Assembly: GCA_002030045.1 (NCBI GenBank)
Contig: LQBI01000024.1
Span: 202,848-266,847, forward strand
Reading direction: 5' to 3'
Source of the DNA: Candidatus Aegiribacteria sp. MLS_C
GTDB taxonomy: Bacteria; Fermentibacterota; Fermentibacteria; Fermentibacterales; JCC-6
Length of the DNA: 64,000 nucleotides
The position numbers and the translations under genes were made by a program. Of this stretch, positions 10,176-19,050 are shown in pieces. Within the stretch, counting starts at the first letter, position 1. Every line of letters starts with the position of its first letter. Under the pieces are notes generated by a model. The model did not search any database and was not told the DNA's origin. It worked only from the letters and a program-made list of their open reading frames with translations.

Positions 10176-10664
10176 ATGGGCATCGATGCCGCCATGAGAC
10201 GTCTCGAACTTGTCAGGAAAAGCGTGGACCTGGTCCTTGGCAGGTATACAGCCGAACGCGGCTGTCCCTGCGATTACAGGCAGTTCGTCTACTGGGCGGG
10301 AAAGAACCAGGGGCCCGGGTGGCATGACACCGTTCAGAACTTCCTGGTCAAAGCGACACTGGAACTCGACTGCTTCGAGAAGACCGATTGCCAGAGCGGG
10401 AAATGGGGATACGAAGGTTCCTGGTTCTGCCGCAACTGCGGCGCTCTGTGGAGCCATATCTCGCTGGAATGGCGCATGCTTGCCTTCCATGAGCGGCTTT
10501 TCCGGCTCGGCGAGGAGGATCCGGACAGCCTCTACGATGGCATGATCTCCATGGATGTTGCCGCCACCGTCGGTCATGAACCGAATGGTCTGAAGCGCCT
10601 TTCGCTGGAACAGTGGGTGGAATTCATGCTGGACAGGAATGACAGCCCGGAAAAATGGGACTGA
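10176..10664 (+). CDS. Cys-rich hypothetical protein.
   Basis: GGAGG RBS before ATG 10176. Cys pattern CPCDY...DCFEKTDC...CRNC. Overlaps the GNAT start (ATGGGACTGA). Confidence 0.4.
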   Translation: MGIDAAMRRLELVRKSVDLVLGRYTAERGCPCDYRQFVYWAGKNQGPGWHDTVQNFLVKATLELDCFEKTDCQSGKWGYEGSWFCRNCGALWSHISLEWRMLAFHERLFRLGEEDPDSLYDGMISMDVAATVGHEPNGLKRLSLEQWVEFMLDRNDSPEKWD

Positions 10665-11149
10665 ACACCGCAGGGACCGGGACAGGGGACATTATCCTGC
10701 GGCACGCCGAGCCCGAGGACATTCCAGGGGTACGGAGTCTCTTCATGGAGTACCGGGAATTCCTCGAAGAAGACCTGGGCTTCCAGCACTTCCAGGAGGA
10801 GCTTGACTCCCTTCCCGGGGAATACGCACCTCCAGTAGGAGCCCTCCTTGTAGCCGGACATGGAGGCCGGACAGCCGGCTGCGTGGCCATGAGAAGGGTG
10901 GACGGGAAAACCTGCGAGATGAAGCGGCTTTTCGTAAGACCGGCCTTCAGGGGACACGGTATCGGCCGCGCCCTGGCGGAAGCCATCGTGAACGAGGCGA
11001 GAGCTGCGGGATACGCAACAATGGTCCTGGATACACTGGACAGGCTCCATGGTGCCATGAATCTGTACGAATCCATGGGATTCAGGCGCACAGGACCCTA
11101 CTACATCAACCCCCTGGATGGAGTGGTCTACTGGAGAATGGACCTCTGA
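10655..11149 (+). CDS. GNAT family N-acetyltransferase.
   Basis: Acetyl-CoA-binding motif RPAFRGHGIGRALAEAIVNEARAAG (R/Q-x-x-G-x-G/A). Confidence 0.8.
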   Translation: MGLNTAGTGTGDIILRHAEPEDIPGVRSLFMEYREFLEEDLGFQHFQEELDSLPGEYAPPVGALLVAGHGGRTAGCVAMRRVDGKTCEMKRLFVRPAFRGHGIGRALAEAIVNEARAAGYATMVLDTLDRLHGAMNLYESMGFRRTGPYYINPLDGVVYWRMDL

Positions 11150-11170
11150 ATCCCGAGTTACAATGAACCG

Positions 11171-12097
11171 GTGGAAAGTGACCTCATGGAAGACGATTTC
11201 GACTTACTGCTCAAGGACGAAGTATCCTCCCACGCACTCGCCTCCGACATAGCCGGCGGTCACTGTTTCGGACATGCCGGCAAGAGGATCCCAAAGGGTT
11301 CCAATATCCTGTACGGGCTCGGGAGCGGCAGCATCCTGAAGGTATTCCGCAGGGAGGAGCGGGATTTCAGGGACAACGAGGCCCTGTGCCTGGAAAGGCT
11401 TTCCGGAAGGCTGCGAGTTGATGTCCCGGAACTTCAGGCCACCGGCGAGCACGATGGCTACCCCTACCTGATCATGCGCAGGATGCTGGGGATCCCCCTG
11501 GATACAGTATACGACAGTATGGGCATCGCTGAACGGACCCTTGTGGCCGAAGCCGCGGGCGGACTGCTGAAGGAAATGCACTCGCTGCCGGTGAGCACTC
11601 TTGAAGGCTGTGTACCCGAATGGAGTACATTCATTGGATCGCAGAAGGACGACCTGGCGGATAACCATGCCGGATATGGACTTGAGCATTCCAGGATCGC
11701 CGAGGTCCTGGAGTTCGTGGATGACATGGAGCCGGTTGAGGAGTACCAGGAATTGGTTGTCTGCCATACCGAGATCATGCCGGATCACATGTTCATCTCC
11801 TCGGACAAGGGTTCTCCCCGCCTGACCGGTCTGATAGATTTCGAGCCCTCAATGCTGGCCGTCCCCCAGTACGAACTGTGCGCGGTGGGCCTCTTTCTGT
11901 CCGGTGGCGACCCCGACCTCTACGGTTCCCTCATCGATTCGCTGGAACCCAATTACGACCATTCCCCCTCCACCGTCATGAGAATGCTGCTGCTTCACAG
12001 GTACTCCAACATGAACCGTTTCATCGGCATGCTGCCGGAAAAACTCCGCGACGCCGACCTTATGACCATGGCGTACTTCTGGTTCGGTATCCGTTAA
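11171..12097 (+). CDS. Phosphotransferase (APH/choline-kinase-like) family protein.
   Basis: Brenner-type HTEIMPDHMF catalytic motif and LIDFEPS (DFE/DFG-like) motif. Confidence 0.6.
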   Translation: MESDLMEDDFDLLLKDEVSSHALASDIAGGHCFGHAGKRIPKGSNILYGLGSGSILKVFRREERDFRDNEALCLERLSGRLRVDVPELQATGEHDGYPYLIMRRMLGIPLDTVYDSMGIAERTLVAEAAGGLLKEMHSLPVSTLEGCVPEWSTFIGSQKDDLADNHAGYGLEHSRIAEVLEFVDDMEPVEEYQELVVCHTEIMPDHMFISSDKGSPRLTGLIDFEPSMLAVPQYELCAVGLFLSGGDPDLYGSLIDSLEPNYDHSPSTVMRMLLLHRYSNMNRFIGMLPEKLRDADLMTMAYFWFGIR

Positions 12098-12305
12098 GTG
12101 CATTATAGAAGCATTAGCGAACTAACGGACTAAAAGGGCATCCCTCCCCCCTTCTCTCGCTGGAAAACCCTTCATACTGCCGGGATGACCGAACTTCTTC
12201 CATTCCGCGGAACCCCTGAAGGACCGTCTTCCAGGTGATCCACTCCGGCGCGCACTCTGCAGCGCCGTTGAACGCCGCGCCGTCTTCGAGTAAACTGTAC
12301 GTGTT

Positions 12306-15300
12306 ATGGAAACGATACTGTTGATTCTGAACGTTCTGCTGGTCCGCGCCCCGGTGATAACTGAAGTCGCATCTAACCCGCTCATCGAGACCTCCGGCGA
12401 ATTCATCGAGATATTCAACCCCGACATCAATCCCGTGATCATAGAAGGATACTCGGTGACCGACGGCGACGCGCTGGACTTCCTCATTCCATGGGACGAG
12501 AGCCTTCACGGTACGTTCCCTCACGCCGGCATGGTCCTGGGTACCGACACCATTCCCGCCGAGGGCTTCGCCCTGCTCTTCGAACTGGACTACGCAGGTG
12601 ACGGCTGTTACGACATCCCGCCTGGCACAGTCATACTGACCACCGGCGACCATGCCCTTTGCAACGGTCTCTCGGCCTCGTCGGACCCGGTCACTCTGTT
12701 CGATGCCGGCGGCACCGCTGACAGCAATGCGGTCAGCACATACGGAACGCCCGTCCCTTCGGACATCTGGGAAGAGAGGGACGACGACGGTCTCGACGGA
12801 ATACCCTTCGATCCCGGAGAGAACATTACCGTGGAGAGGTACCCCTGGAGTTCCCCCGACACGGAGGGGGCCTGGTTCGCCGGGCCCGAGGGGGGCACTC
12901 CCGGCGCCCATGCCCAGGCCCCTCCCGATACCCTGAACATCTCCTGCGACTCCCTGTGGACCGTCCCCGTGGACCCGCTGCCGGGCCAACCCTTCGAGAT
13001 CCTCGCCCGATTCACCTGCTGGGGCAATGTTTCTCCGTCATCTGGAACCATCACCATCTTCCTGGATGCCGAAGGCGACTCGATACCCGACGCCGGGGAG
13101 ACCCTGGCCCAGTACCCGGCCACCTCCCTTCAACCCGGTGCCTCCATGACTTTCAGCGCCTTCACATCCCTTGAGCAGGGGTGGTACCTTCCCTCCGCCC
13201 TGTCGGAAGTCCCGGAGGACGAATACCCGCAGGACGATTTCCGGTCCGTCCCGGTGGCGGTTGGAGGCGGAATAGACCCCGTGGTCACAGAAGTGATGTG
13301 CAATCCCCTGGACGAGGACAGGGGCGAATACATCGAGATACACTTCCCCGGACCCGGCATCTTCCCGCTGTGCGGGTGCCGGTTCACGGACGGCGACGCC
13401 GTGGACATCATCGTTCCCTGGGACCAGTTACCGCTGACGGACCCCGACGCGGTCTACTCGGAATACCTCCCCGGTGGCTTCTACGGCGTCGTCCTCGATC
13501 CAGAGTACGTCTCGGGCATGCAGGAATACGATCTGGCCGATTCAACCTACGTATTCACCGTGGGCAACACCACCATCGGCAACGGGCTCACGGGAAACGA
13601 CCCGATAACGCTCTACGACTTCGAGGGGACCGCACAGGCCAACGTCATGTCCACCTACGGCACACCTCTCCTGAACGACGATCCTCTCATGTGCGACGAC
13701 GACGGCCTCGACGGCATTCCCTTCGATCCCGGGGAATTCCACAGCGTGGAGAGGAAATCGCACGAGCTGCCGGATGAGGAGTACTGCTGGGCTGTTTCAC
13801 CGGAGGGGGGAACACCGGGGGGCCCGGCAGTATTCTTCGATACTCTGGATGTTTCCGTCGATGCCATCCTGATAGAACCCGACACGCTCCAGCCCGGGCA
13901 GCCGGTGCAGATCTCGACGGTAGTGAGGAACACGGGCACGGCGACGGCCGCCGGGATCGAGCTGACCGTCTTTCTCGATTCCGACGCGGATTCCCTCCCG
14001 CAGCCGAACGAGATACTCCTGTCCCCGGTCATGGATTCACTTCTTCCCGGTCTCGAGGACACGATATCCGTCACGGTAACGGGACCGGAAGAGGGATACT
14101 ACCTGGCGGCTGCAAGGGTCTATCTTCCCGGAGACTCGGATCCGGACAACGACTTCGCGAACAGGAGCTTCAGGACAGGGGACGGGGTCCCGGTGATAAT
14201 CACCGAGGTGCTCTGCAACCCGGAGAACGAGGATACCGACGAATTCGTGGAGGTCCACTATCCCGGTCCCGGGGTGTTCGATGTCACCGGATGCTCCTTC
14301 ACCGACGGCGACGCACTGGACTGGCTCCAGACATGGGACCAGGGACTCGGGACCATAAACGACCCCGAAGCGGTAATATCCCCCTACCTGCCCGCCGGCA
14401 CATACGCGGTCATCCTCGACAGCGAGTACCCCCAGGGGACTCAGCCCTACGACCTCCCTTCCGGTACCCGCGTCCTCACCACCGGGAACACAACCCTGGG
14501 AGACGGACTCACGGGCACCGACCCGGTAACCCTGTACGGCCATGAGGGAACATCAATATCCAGCATCATGTCAACCTACGGCACTCCCCTTCTGAACGAC
14601 GATCCTCTGCTCTGCGACGACGACGGTCTGGACGGAATACCCTTCGACCCGGGAGAGGGCCTCAGCGTCCACCGGATCGACCCCGCCCTTCCGGACGCGG
14701 AGGAGAACTGGTTCGCCCCCCCGACTGGGCCAACTCCCGGGGGGCCTCCCCCCTTCTTCCAGGAGGGAATGAACGCATGCGGGCTTCTCCTGGACTGCTT
14801 CCCGCCAATGGGCCATGGCGGAAAGGAAACGGATCTGATGGCAGAATTCGTCAACACAGGCACCGACACCATTCCTTCGGGAACGATGCAGGTACTCTTC
14901 TTCGCGGACATCGACCAGAGCGGCACGCCTGCCCAGGGGGAGCTGATAGACAGCTTCCTGTGCGGTGCTCTGGCACCCGGCGACAGCCTCGTCGCCGACT
15001 GCGGATGGACCGCTCCGGAAGGCACGGTGGAACTTATTTCGGTCTCCGCCTGCCCCGGCGATTCCTTCCCCCAGGACGACACCCTCCGCTGCACATGGAA
15101 CCTGGCAGGGCCTGTCGTGGTGAACGAGATAATGTACGCTCCCGCTCCGGGGGAGCCGGAGTGGATAGAAATATTGAACAGGTCGGAGGTACCGGTGGAG
15201 ATAACGGGATGGACCACCGAGGACTCAAAGGACCGGGTTGTCTTCTGCCAGGACAGCATGGTCCTGCAGCCGGATTCCTTCGCCCTTATAGTGCCGGACC

Positions 15301-15926
15301 CGGACGAGTTCCTGCAGTTCTGGCCCCAGGTAACCTGCCCCCTGCTCCAGCCGTCATCCTGGCCTGTGCTCAACAACACCACGCAGTCCGGAGAGGAATG
15401 GGCCGACATCATCATCATTCGTGACAGCCAGACGCAGTCAATAGACTACGTCCCCTACGACGACGACTGGGGCGCCTCCCAGGGCGCAAGCCTGGAGAGG
15501 ATCGACCCTGACCAGCCGGGGTTCCCGGAAACCAACTGGACGGGGTGTTCGACGACGGCCACCCCTGGAGAGACAAACAGCTGCTCTGGAGGAGGGGAAG
15601 GGCCGGGGAGGTATCTCCACTACTTCCCCGACCCCTTCTCCCCCGACGGCGACGGCATGGACGACGTTCTGACAATAGAGATGCACTTCGGCCATTCCGA
15701 GAACGAGGTGACCCTGGAGGTATACAACGTGCAGGGCAGGCTCATTCTCAGGCTCCTCGACCGTGAAACCTGCGGCCCCTCCAGGACCGTTTTCTGGGAC
15801 GGCACGGGAGAGGGCGGCTCCAGACTGCCCGTAGGAAGGTACATCATCTACCTCTCATCGAGAGCTGAAGACACCAGAGAATACCGCGAGGACTGCGGAG
15901 TTGTGGTCCTGGCCAGGCGCCTGTGA
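12306..15926 (+). CDS. Giant secreted protein (1206 aa) with four lamin-tail domains (LTD), three tandem repeat units of about 310 aa each, and a C-terminal FlgD-Ig-like / T9SS-type sorting domain.
   Basis: LTD motifs: VITEVASNPLIETSGEFIEIFNP, VVTEVMCNPLDEDRGEYIEIHFPGPG, VIITEVLCNPENEDTDEFVEVHYPGPG, VVVNEIMYAPAPGEPEWIEILNRSEVPVEITGW. Repeated ...STYGTPLLNDDPLxCDDDGLDGIPFDPGE blocks. C-terminal FSPDGDGMDD...TVFWDGTGEGG...RYIIYL. Confidence 0.7.
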   Translation: METILLILNVLLVRAPVITEVASNPLIETSGEFIEIFNPDINPVIIEGYSVTDGDALDFLIPWDESLHGTFPHAGMVLGTDTIPAEGFALLFELDYAGDGCYDIPPGTVILTTGDHALCNGLSASSDPVTLFDAGGTADSNAVSTYGTPVPSDIWEERDDDGLDGIPFDPGENITVERYPWSSPDTEGAWFAGPEGGTPGAHAQAPPDTLNISCDSLWTVPVDPLPGQPFEILARFTCWGNVSPSSGTITIFLDAEGDSIPDAGETLAQYPATSLQPGASMTFSAFTSLEQGWYLPSALSEVPEDEYPQDDFRSVPVAVGGGIDPVVTEVMCNPLDEDRGEYIEIHFPGPGIFPLCGCRFTDGDAVDIIVPWDQLPLTDPDAVYSEYLPGGFYGVVLDPEYVSGMQEYDLADSTYVFTVGNTTIGNGLTGNDPITLYDFEGTAQANVMSTYGTPLLNDDPLMCDDDGLDGIPFDPGEFHSVERKSHELPDEEYCWAVSPEGGTPGGPAVFFDTLDVSVDAILIEPDTLQPGQPVQISTVVRNTGTATAAGIELTVFLDSDADSLPQPNEILLSPVMDSLLPGLEDTISVTVTGPEEGYYLAAARVYLPGDSDPDNDFANRSFRTGDGVPVIITEVLCNPENEDTDEFVEVHYPGPGVFDVTGCSFTDGDALDWLQTWDQGLGTINDPEAVISPYLPAGTYAVILDSEYPQGTQPYDLPSGTRVLTTGNTTLGDGLTGTDPVTLYGHEGTSISSIMSTYGTPLLNDDPLLCDDDGLDGIPFDPGEGLSVHRIDPALPDAEENWFAPPTGPTPGGPPPFFQEGMNACGLLLDCFPPMGHGGKETDLMAEFVNTGTDTIPSGTMQVLFFADIDQSGTPAQGELIDSFLCGALAPGDSLVADCGWTAPEGTVELISVSACPGDSFPQDDTLRCTWNLAGPVVVNEIMYAPAPGEPEWIEILNRSEVPVEITGWTTEDSKDRVVFCQDSMVLQPDSFALIVPDPDEFLQFWPQVTCPLLQPSSWPVLNNTTQSGEEWADIIIIRDSQTQSIDYVPYDDDWGASQGASLERIDPDQPGFPETNWTGCSTTATPGETNSCSGGGEGPGRYLHYFPDPFSPDGDGMDDVLTIEMHFGHSENEVTLEVYNVQGRLILRLLDRETCGPSRTVFWDGTGEGGSRLPVGRYIIYLSSRAEDTREYREDCGVVVLARRL

Positions 15927-16215
15927 AATCCATCAAAGGATTCCCGAATACCGGAACGAAACTCCCCAATCGAAAAGGCTCCCATGGGCATCAATGATAA
16001 CCTGAACCCCTTGTTATGCTGCTGCGGCATAACATCGAGAATTCCGGTGTTAACAAGCACAAGTGTATTGCCCTTGAACGTGTTATCGATATTGACTCGC
16101 ATATATCAATGCTTTTATTCTCTGTCAGCATAACCGGGCAACGGTGTTAACTTAACACGCTGCCGCATAATCATTGTTATGAAGAACCAGTTTGATTCTA
16201 CCGGAAAGGACCATT

Positions 16216-17940
16216 ATGAAAAAACTCTACTATGGAGACAATCTGGATGTTCTCCGAAGAGAGATAGCTAGCAATTCTATTGATCTTATATACTTAGATC
16301 CACCTTTCAACTCTAAAAAATCCTACAATGTGTTATTCTCTGGACCTACCGGTGAAGCAAGAGCACAAATACAGGCGTTCGACGATACTTGGAAATGGAC
16401 GCCAGAGACCGAGAGTATCTACATAGACATGCAAAACGGAAGCGTACCAGCAAGGGTTGCAGATGCGGCTCAAGCATTTCGCTCATTACTTGGTGAAAAT
16501 GATGTTCTCGCATACTTAATAACAATGGCTCCAAGATTAGTTGAGCTGCATAGAGTACTAAAATCAGAAGGATCCCTCTTTCTACATTGTGATCCTGCAG
16601 CAAGCCACTATTTAAAAGTGCTACTGGATGCAGTATTTGGAGGGCGGCGATTCCGAAATGAAATCGTGTGGAAAAGAACTGGTGCCCATACAACCCCAAG
16701 AAGGTTCGAAACAATACATGATATATTGTTGTTTTATGCAAAGGGCGATAATGCATACTTTAATCCAATTAAAACACCTTACACTAAGGATCATGTTGAT
16801 TCAAGATATACCGAAGACGAAAAAGGTAGGCTGAAATTCGTTACAGGCGGGAACATCCTTTCAGGACCTGGTGCTACAAACGGCGACTCGGGCCAACCAT
16901 GGAAAGGTTTTGATCCATCAAGCAAGGGTCGGCACTGGGCAGTACCAGGTTATCTTGCAGAGCAGATGCCAGAGGGATTCTCTGAATTGTCGGTAAGAGA
17001 AAGACTGGATGCTCTCTATGATGCCGATCTAATTGAAATAAAGAAAGGAGCTGAATGGCCGCATCCGGTTAAATACCTTGCGGATGATGATGGTAAATTT
17101 CTATCAGATATCTGGGCATACCAACCAGGTACAGAAGGCGTACTATACGGTACAGACCAAGGAATTGACGCAGATGTGCAATGGATCGGTCCAACAGATC
17201 CAGAAGATCTTGGATATCAGACTCAGAAACCGGAAGGTCTCTTGGATAGGATTATTAGCTCAACATGCCCGCCTGAAGGGATTGTGCTTGATCCATTCTG
17301 TGGTTGTGGAACCACAATTGCTTCCGCACAAAGGCTTGGTCGGAATTGGATTGGGATTGATATCACCTACCTAGCTATTGATTTAATCGAGAAAAGACTC
17401 GTTGCCCAGTACGGTGATAACATATCCGATGAATACGAGATCTTTGGTATTCCGAGAGACATGGATGGAGCAATGACTCTCTTCAACTCAAATCCATTTG
17501 ACTTTGAGAGATGGGCAGTTTCTATTGTAAATGGCCAGCCTAATGAAAAGCAAGTCGGTGATAGAGGTATAGATGGGATCGTGAGATTCCCACTTGATGT
17601 TGCTGGACGAAAGAGCGCGAAAGCAATTGTCTCTGTCAAAGGCGGAAAGTCACTCAACCCAGGAATGGTTAGAGATCTAATGGGTACAGTAGATGCAACA
17701 CAACAAGCAGAGATAGGTATTCTAATCTGCTTAGAAAATCCCACAAAAGGTATGCTTGATGCTGCGGCAAGAGCTGGGGTCTACGAATGGCCCTTAACAA
17801 GAGAGCGTTATCCAAAGGCTCAAGTCATAACAATAGAAGAGTTACTAGATGGCAAAAGACCACATATGCCTCCAACATTGCTCCCATACATTAAGGCTCA
17901 GAAATTTGAAGATCCGAGTGGGCAGATGAAGTTGCTATAG
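16216..17940 (+). CDS. Beta-class N6-adenine/N4-cytosine DNA methyltransferase with a C-terminal Mrr-cat-like restriction-endonuclease-fold domain.
   Basis: Motif IV DPPF (LIYLDPPFNS) precedes motif I (VLDPFCGCGTT). C-terminal GDRGIDGIV...VSVKGGKS resembles an Mrr_cat D...(E/Q)xK core. Low GC. GAAAGGA RBS. Confidence 0.75.
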   Translation: MKKLYYGDNLDVLRREIASNSIDLIYLDPPFNSKKSYNVLFSGPTGEARAQIQAFDDTWKWTPETESIYIDMQNGSVPARVADAAQAFRSLLGENDVLAYLITMAPRLVELHRVLKSEGSLFLHCDPAASHYLKVLLDAVFGGRRFRNEIVWKRTGAHTTPRRFETIHDILLFYAKGDNAYFNPIKTPYTKDHVDSRYTEDEKGRLKFVTGGNILSGPGATNGDSGQPWKGFDPSSKGRHWAVPGYLAEQMPEGFSELSVRERLDALYDADLIEIKKGAEWPHPVKYLADDDGKFLSDIWAYQPGTEGVLYGTDQGIDADVQWIGPTDPEDLGYQTQKPEGLLDRIISSTCPPEGIVLDPFCGCGTTIASAQRLGRNWIGIDITYLAIDLIEKRLVAQYGDNISDEYEIFGIPRDMDGAMTLFNSNPFDFERWAVSIVNGQPNEKQVGDRGIDGIVRFPLDVAGRKSAKAIVSVKGGKSLNPGMVRDLMGTVDATQQAEIGILICLENPTKGMLDAAARAGVYEWPLTRERYPKAQVITIEELLDGKRPHMPPTLLPYIKAQKFEDPSGQMKLL

Positions 17941-17947
17941 GAATCAT

Positions 17948-18018
17948 AACCACAGCGTGAACCAGACGCCTGTAAGAGTTCGGGGTAAATGCTAACGGCG
18001 CTGGTTACGCTGATTGTT
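17948..18018. repeat. Family-1 attC-like imperfect palindromic element, copy 1, immediately 3' of the methyltransferase.
   Basis: AACCACAGCGTGAACCAGACGCC ... GGCGCTGGTTACGCTGATTGTT: the arms are reverse complements. Bounded by AAC...GTT. About 85% identical to copy 2. Confidence 0.6.
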
Positions 18019-18034
18019 ATCTAGAAAGAAGACC

Positions 18035-18940
18035 ATGAATCAACTGCCACAGATGCTTTGTCCCGAGTGCTTAAGACCCATGGAGAATAACGGAAGTACA
18101 GTAAAACCAACAGCAAAGTACAAAGACTGTATTCGAAAGTGTCAAGCCTGTGGTATTGGTTACTCGAATTCAGTAGCAAAACCTTCACTGATTTTCGAAG
18201 ATCCTAGAAAGAACATTCCTGGTTTTGTGGACAGCTCAGATTTTCTCAAAATCCTGGAGAAATCCAATAACCGAAGGAATATCAGTAACAAGAAGTGCAA
18301 AGCGGGATTCTCAACATCAGAGGACGCAGTTACTTATACCTTCGTTAAATCCTTTTCTCAAGCTGATTCAATCGAGCGAATGATGAAAGTACTCGGACTT
18401 GAGATGAACAGCAACCATGTTGATTTGTTTCTATGGGGATGTCCTATTTCAAAAGGCACGGACATTACATTGATTAATAGGATGAATTCTTTGCTAAGTA
18501 ATGAGTTTGCGGAGAGGGCAAATTCTCTCACAGAGCCAGACATTATTCTGAGCGTTGAGGGCTACGGTATTGTCATTATTGAAGTGAAGTTGCACAGTTC
18601 TAACGAAGTTAAAGCAACTGAAAAGTTAAGCAATTATCTGGATCGCAGCTTCTATACTAATGTAGCAAAGGCAAAGTCCTCTCAGCATTATGAGCTAGTT
18701 AGAAACTGGTCAATTGGTAACGCCTTATCCGAGGGTTGCAACTTCACACTTATCAATTTAGGCAAAGAATCATTGTTTACAGACCGAAATGCATCAAAGC
18801 TACAGCTGTTTAAGGAATCACTAAACTGTAATAAGAGGCGCCAGTTTGCTCAGGTATCCTGGGAAGAAATTCTGAACAGATTAGAAGAGAGGGATTCTCA
18901 GTTAAAAGAATATCTGAAGAGGAAAACAAAGTATAGATAA
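18035..18940 (+). CDS. Putative restriction endonuclease: N-terminal Zn-ribbon plus a PD-(D/E)xK nuclease core.
   Basis: CPEC...CQAC ribbon. EPDIILSVEGYGIVIIEVK reads as PD-x13-EVK. Adjacent to the methyltransferase. Low GC. Confidence 0.55.
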   Translation: MNQLPQMLCPECLRPMENNGSTVKPTAKYKDCIRKCQACGIGYSNSVAKPSLIFEDPRKNIPGFVDSSDFLKILEKSNNRRNISNKKCKAGFSTSEDAVTYTFVKSFSQADSIERMMKVLGLEMNSNHVDLFLWGCPISKGTDITLINRMNSLLSNEFAERANSLTEPDIILSVEGYGIVIIEVKLHSSNEVKATEKLSNYLDRSFYTNVAKAKSSQHYELVRNWSIGNALSEGCNFTLINLGKESLFTDRNASKLQLFKESLNCNKRRQFAQVSWEEILNRLEERDSQLKEYLKRKTKYR

Positions 18941-19007
18941 CCACAGCATGAACCAGAAGCCTGCAAGGAAATGGGTAAGGTTAACGGCTCTGGTTACGCT
19001 GATTGTT
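18939..19007. repeat. Family-1 attC-like element, copy 2, immediately 3' of the endonuclease gene, overlapping its stop codon.
   Basis: AACCACAGCATGAACCAGAAGCC ... GGCTCTGGTTACGCTGATTGTT. Shares an 18-nt exact match (CTGGTTACGCTGATTGTT) with copy 1. Confidence 0.6.
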
Positions 19008-19050
19008 GTGCGTATAAATGCTATAGACACTTAACGCTAGTGGAGGAAGA

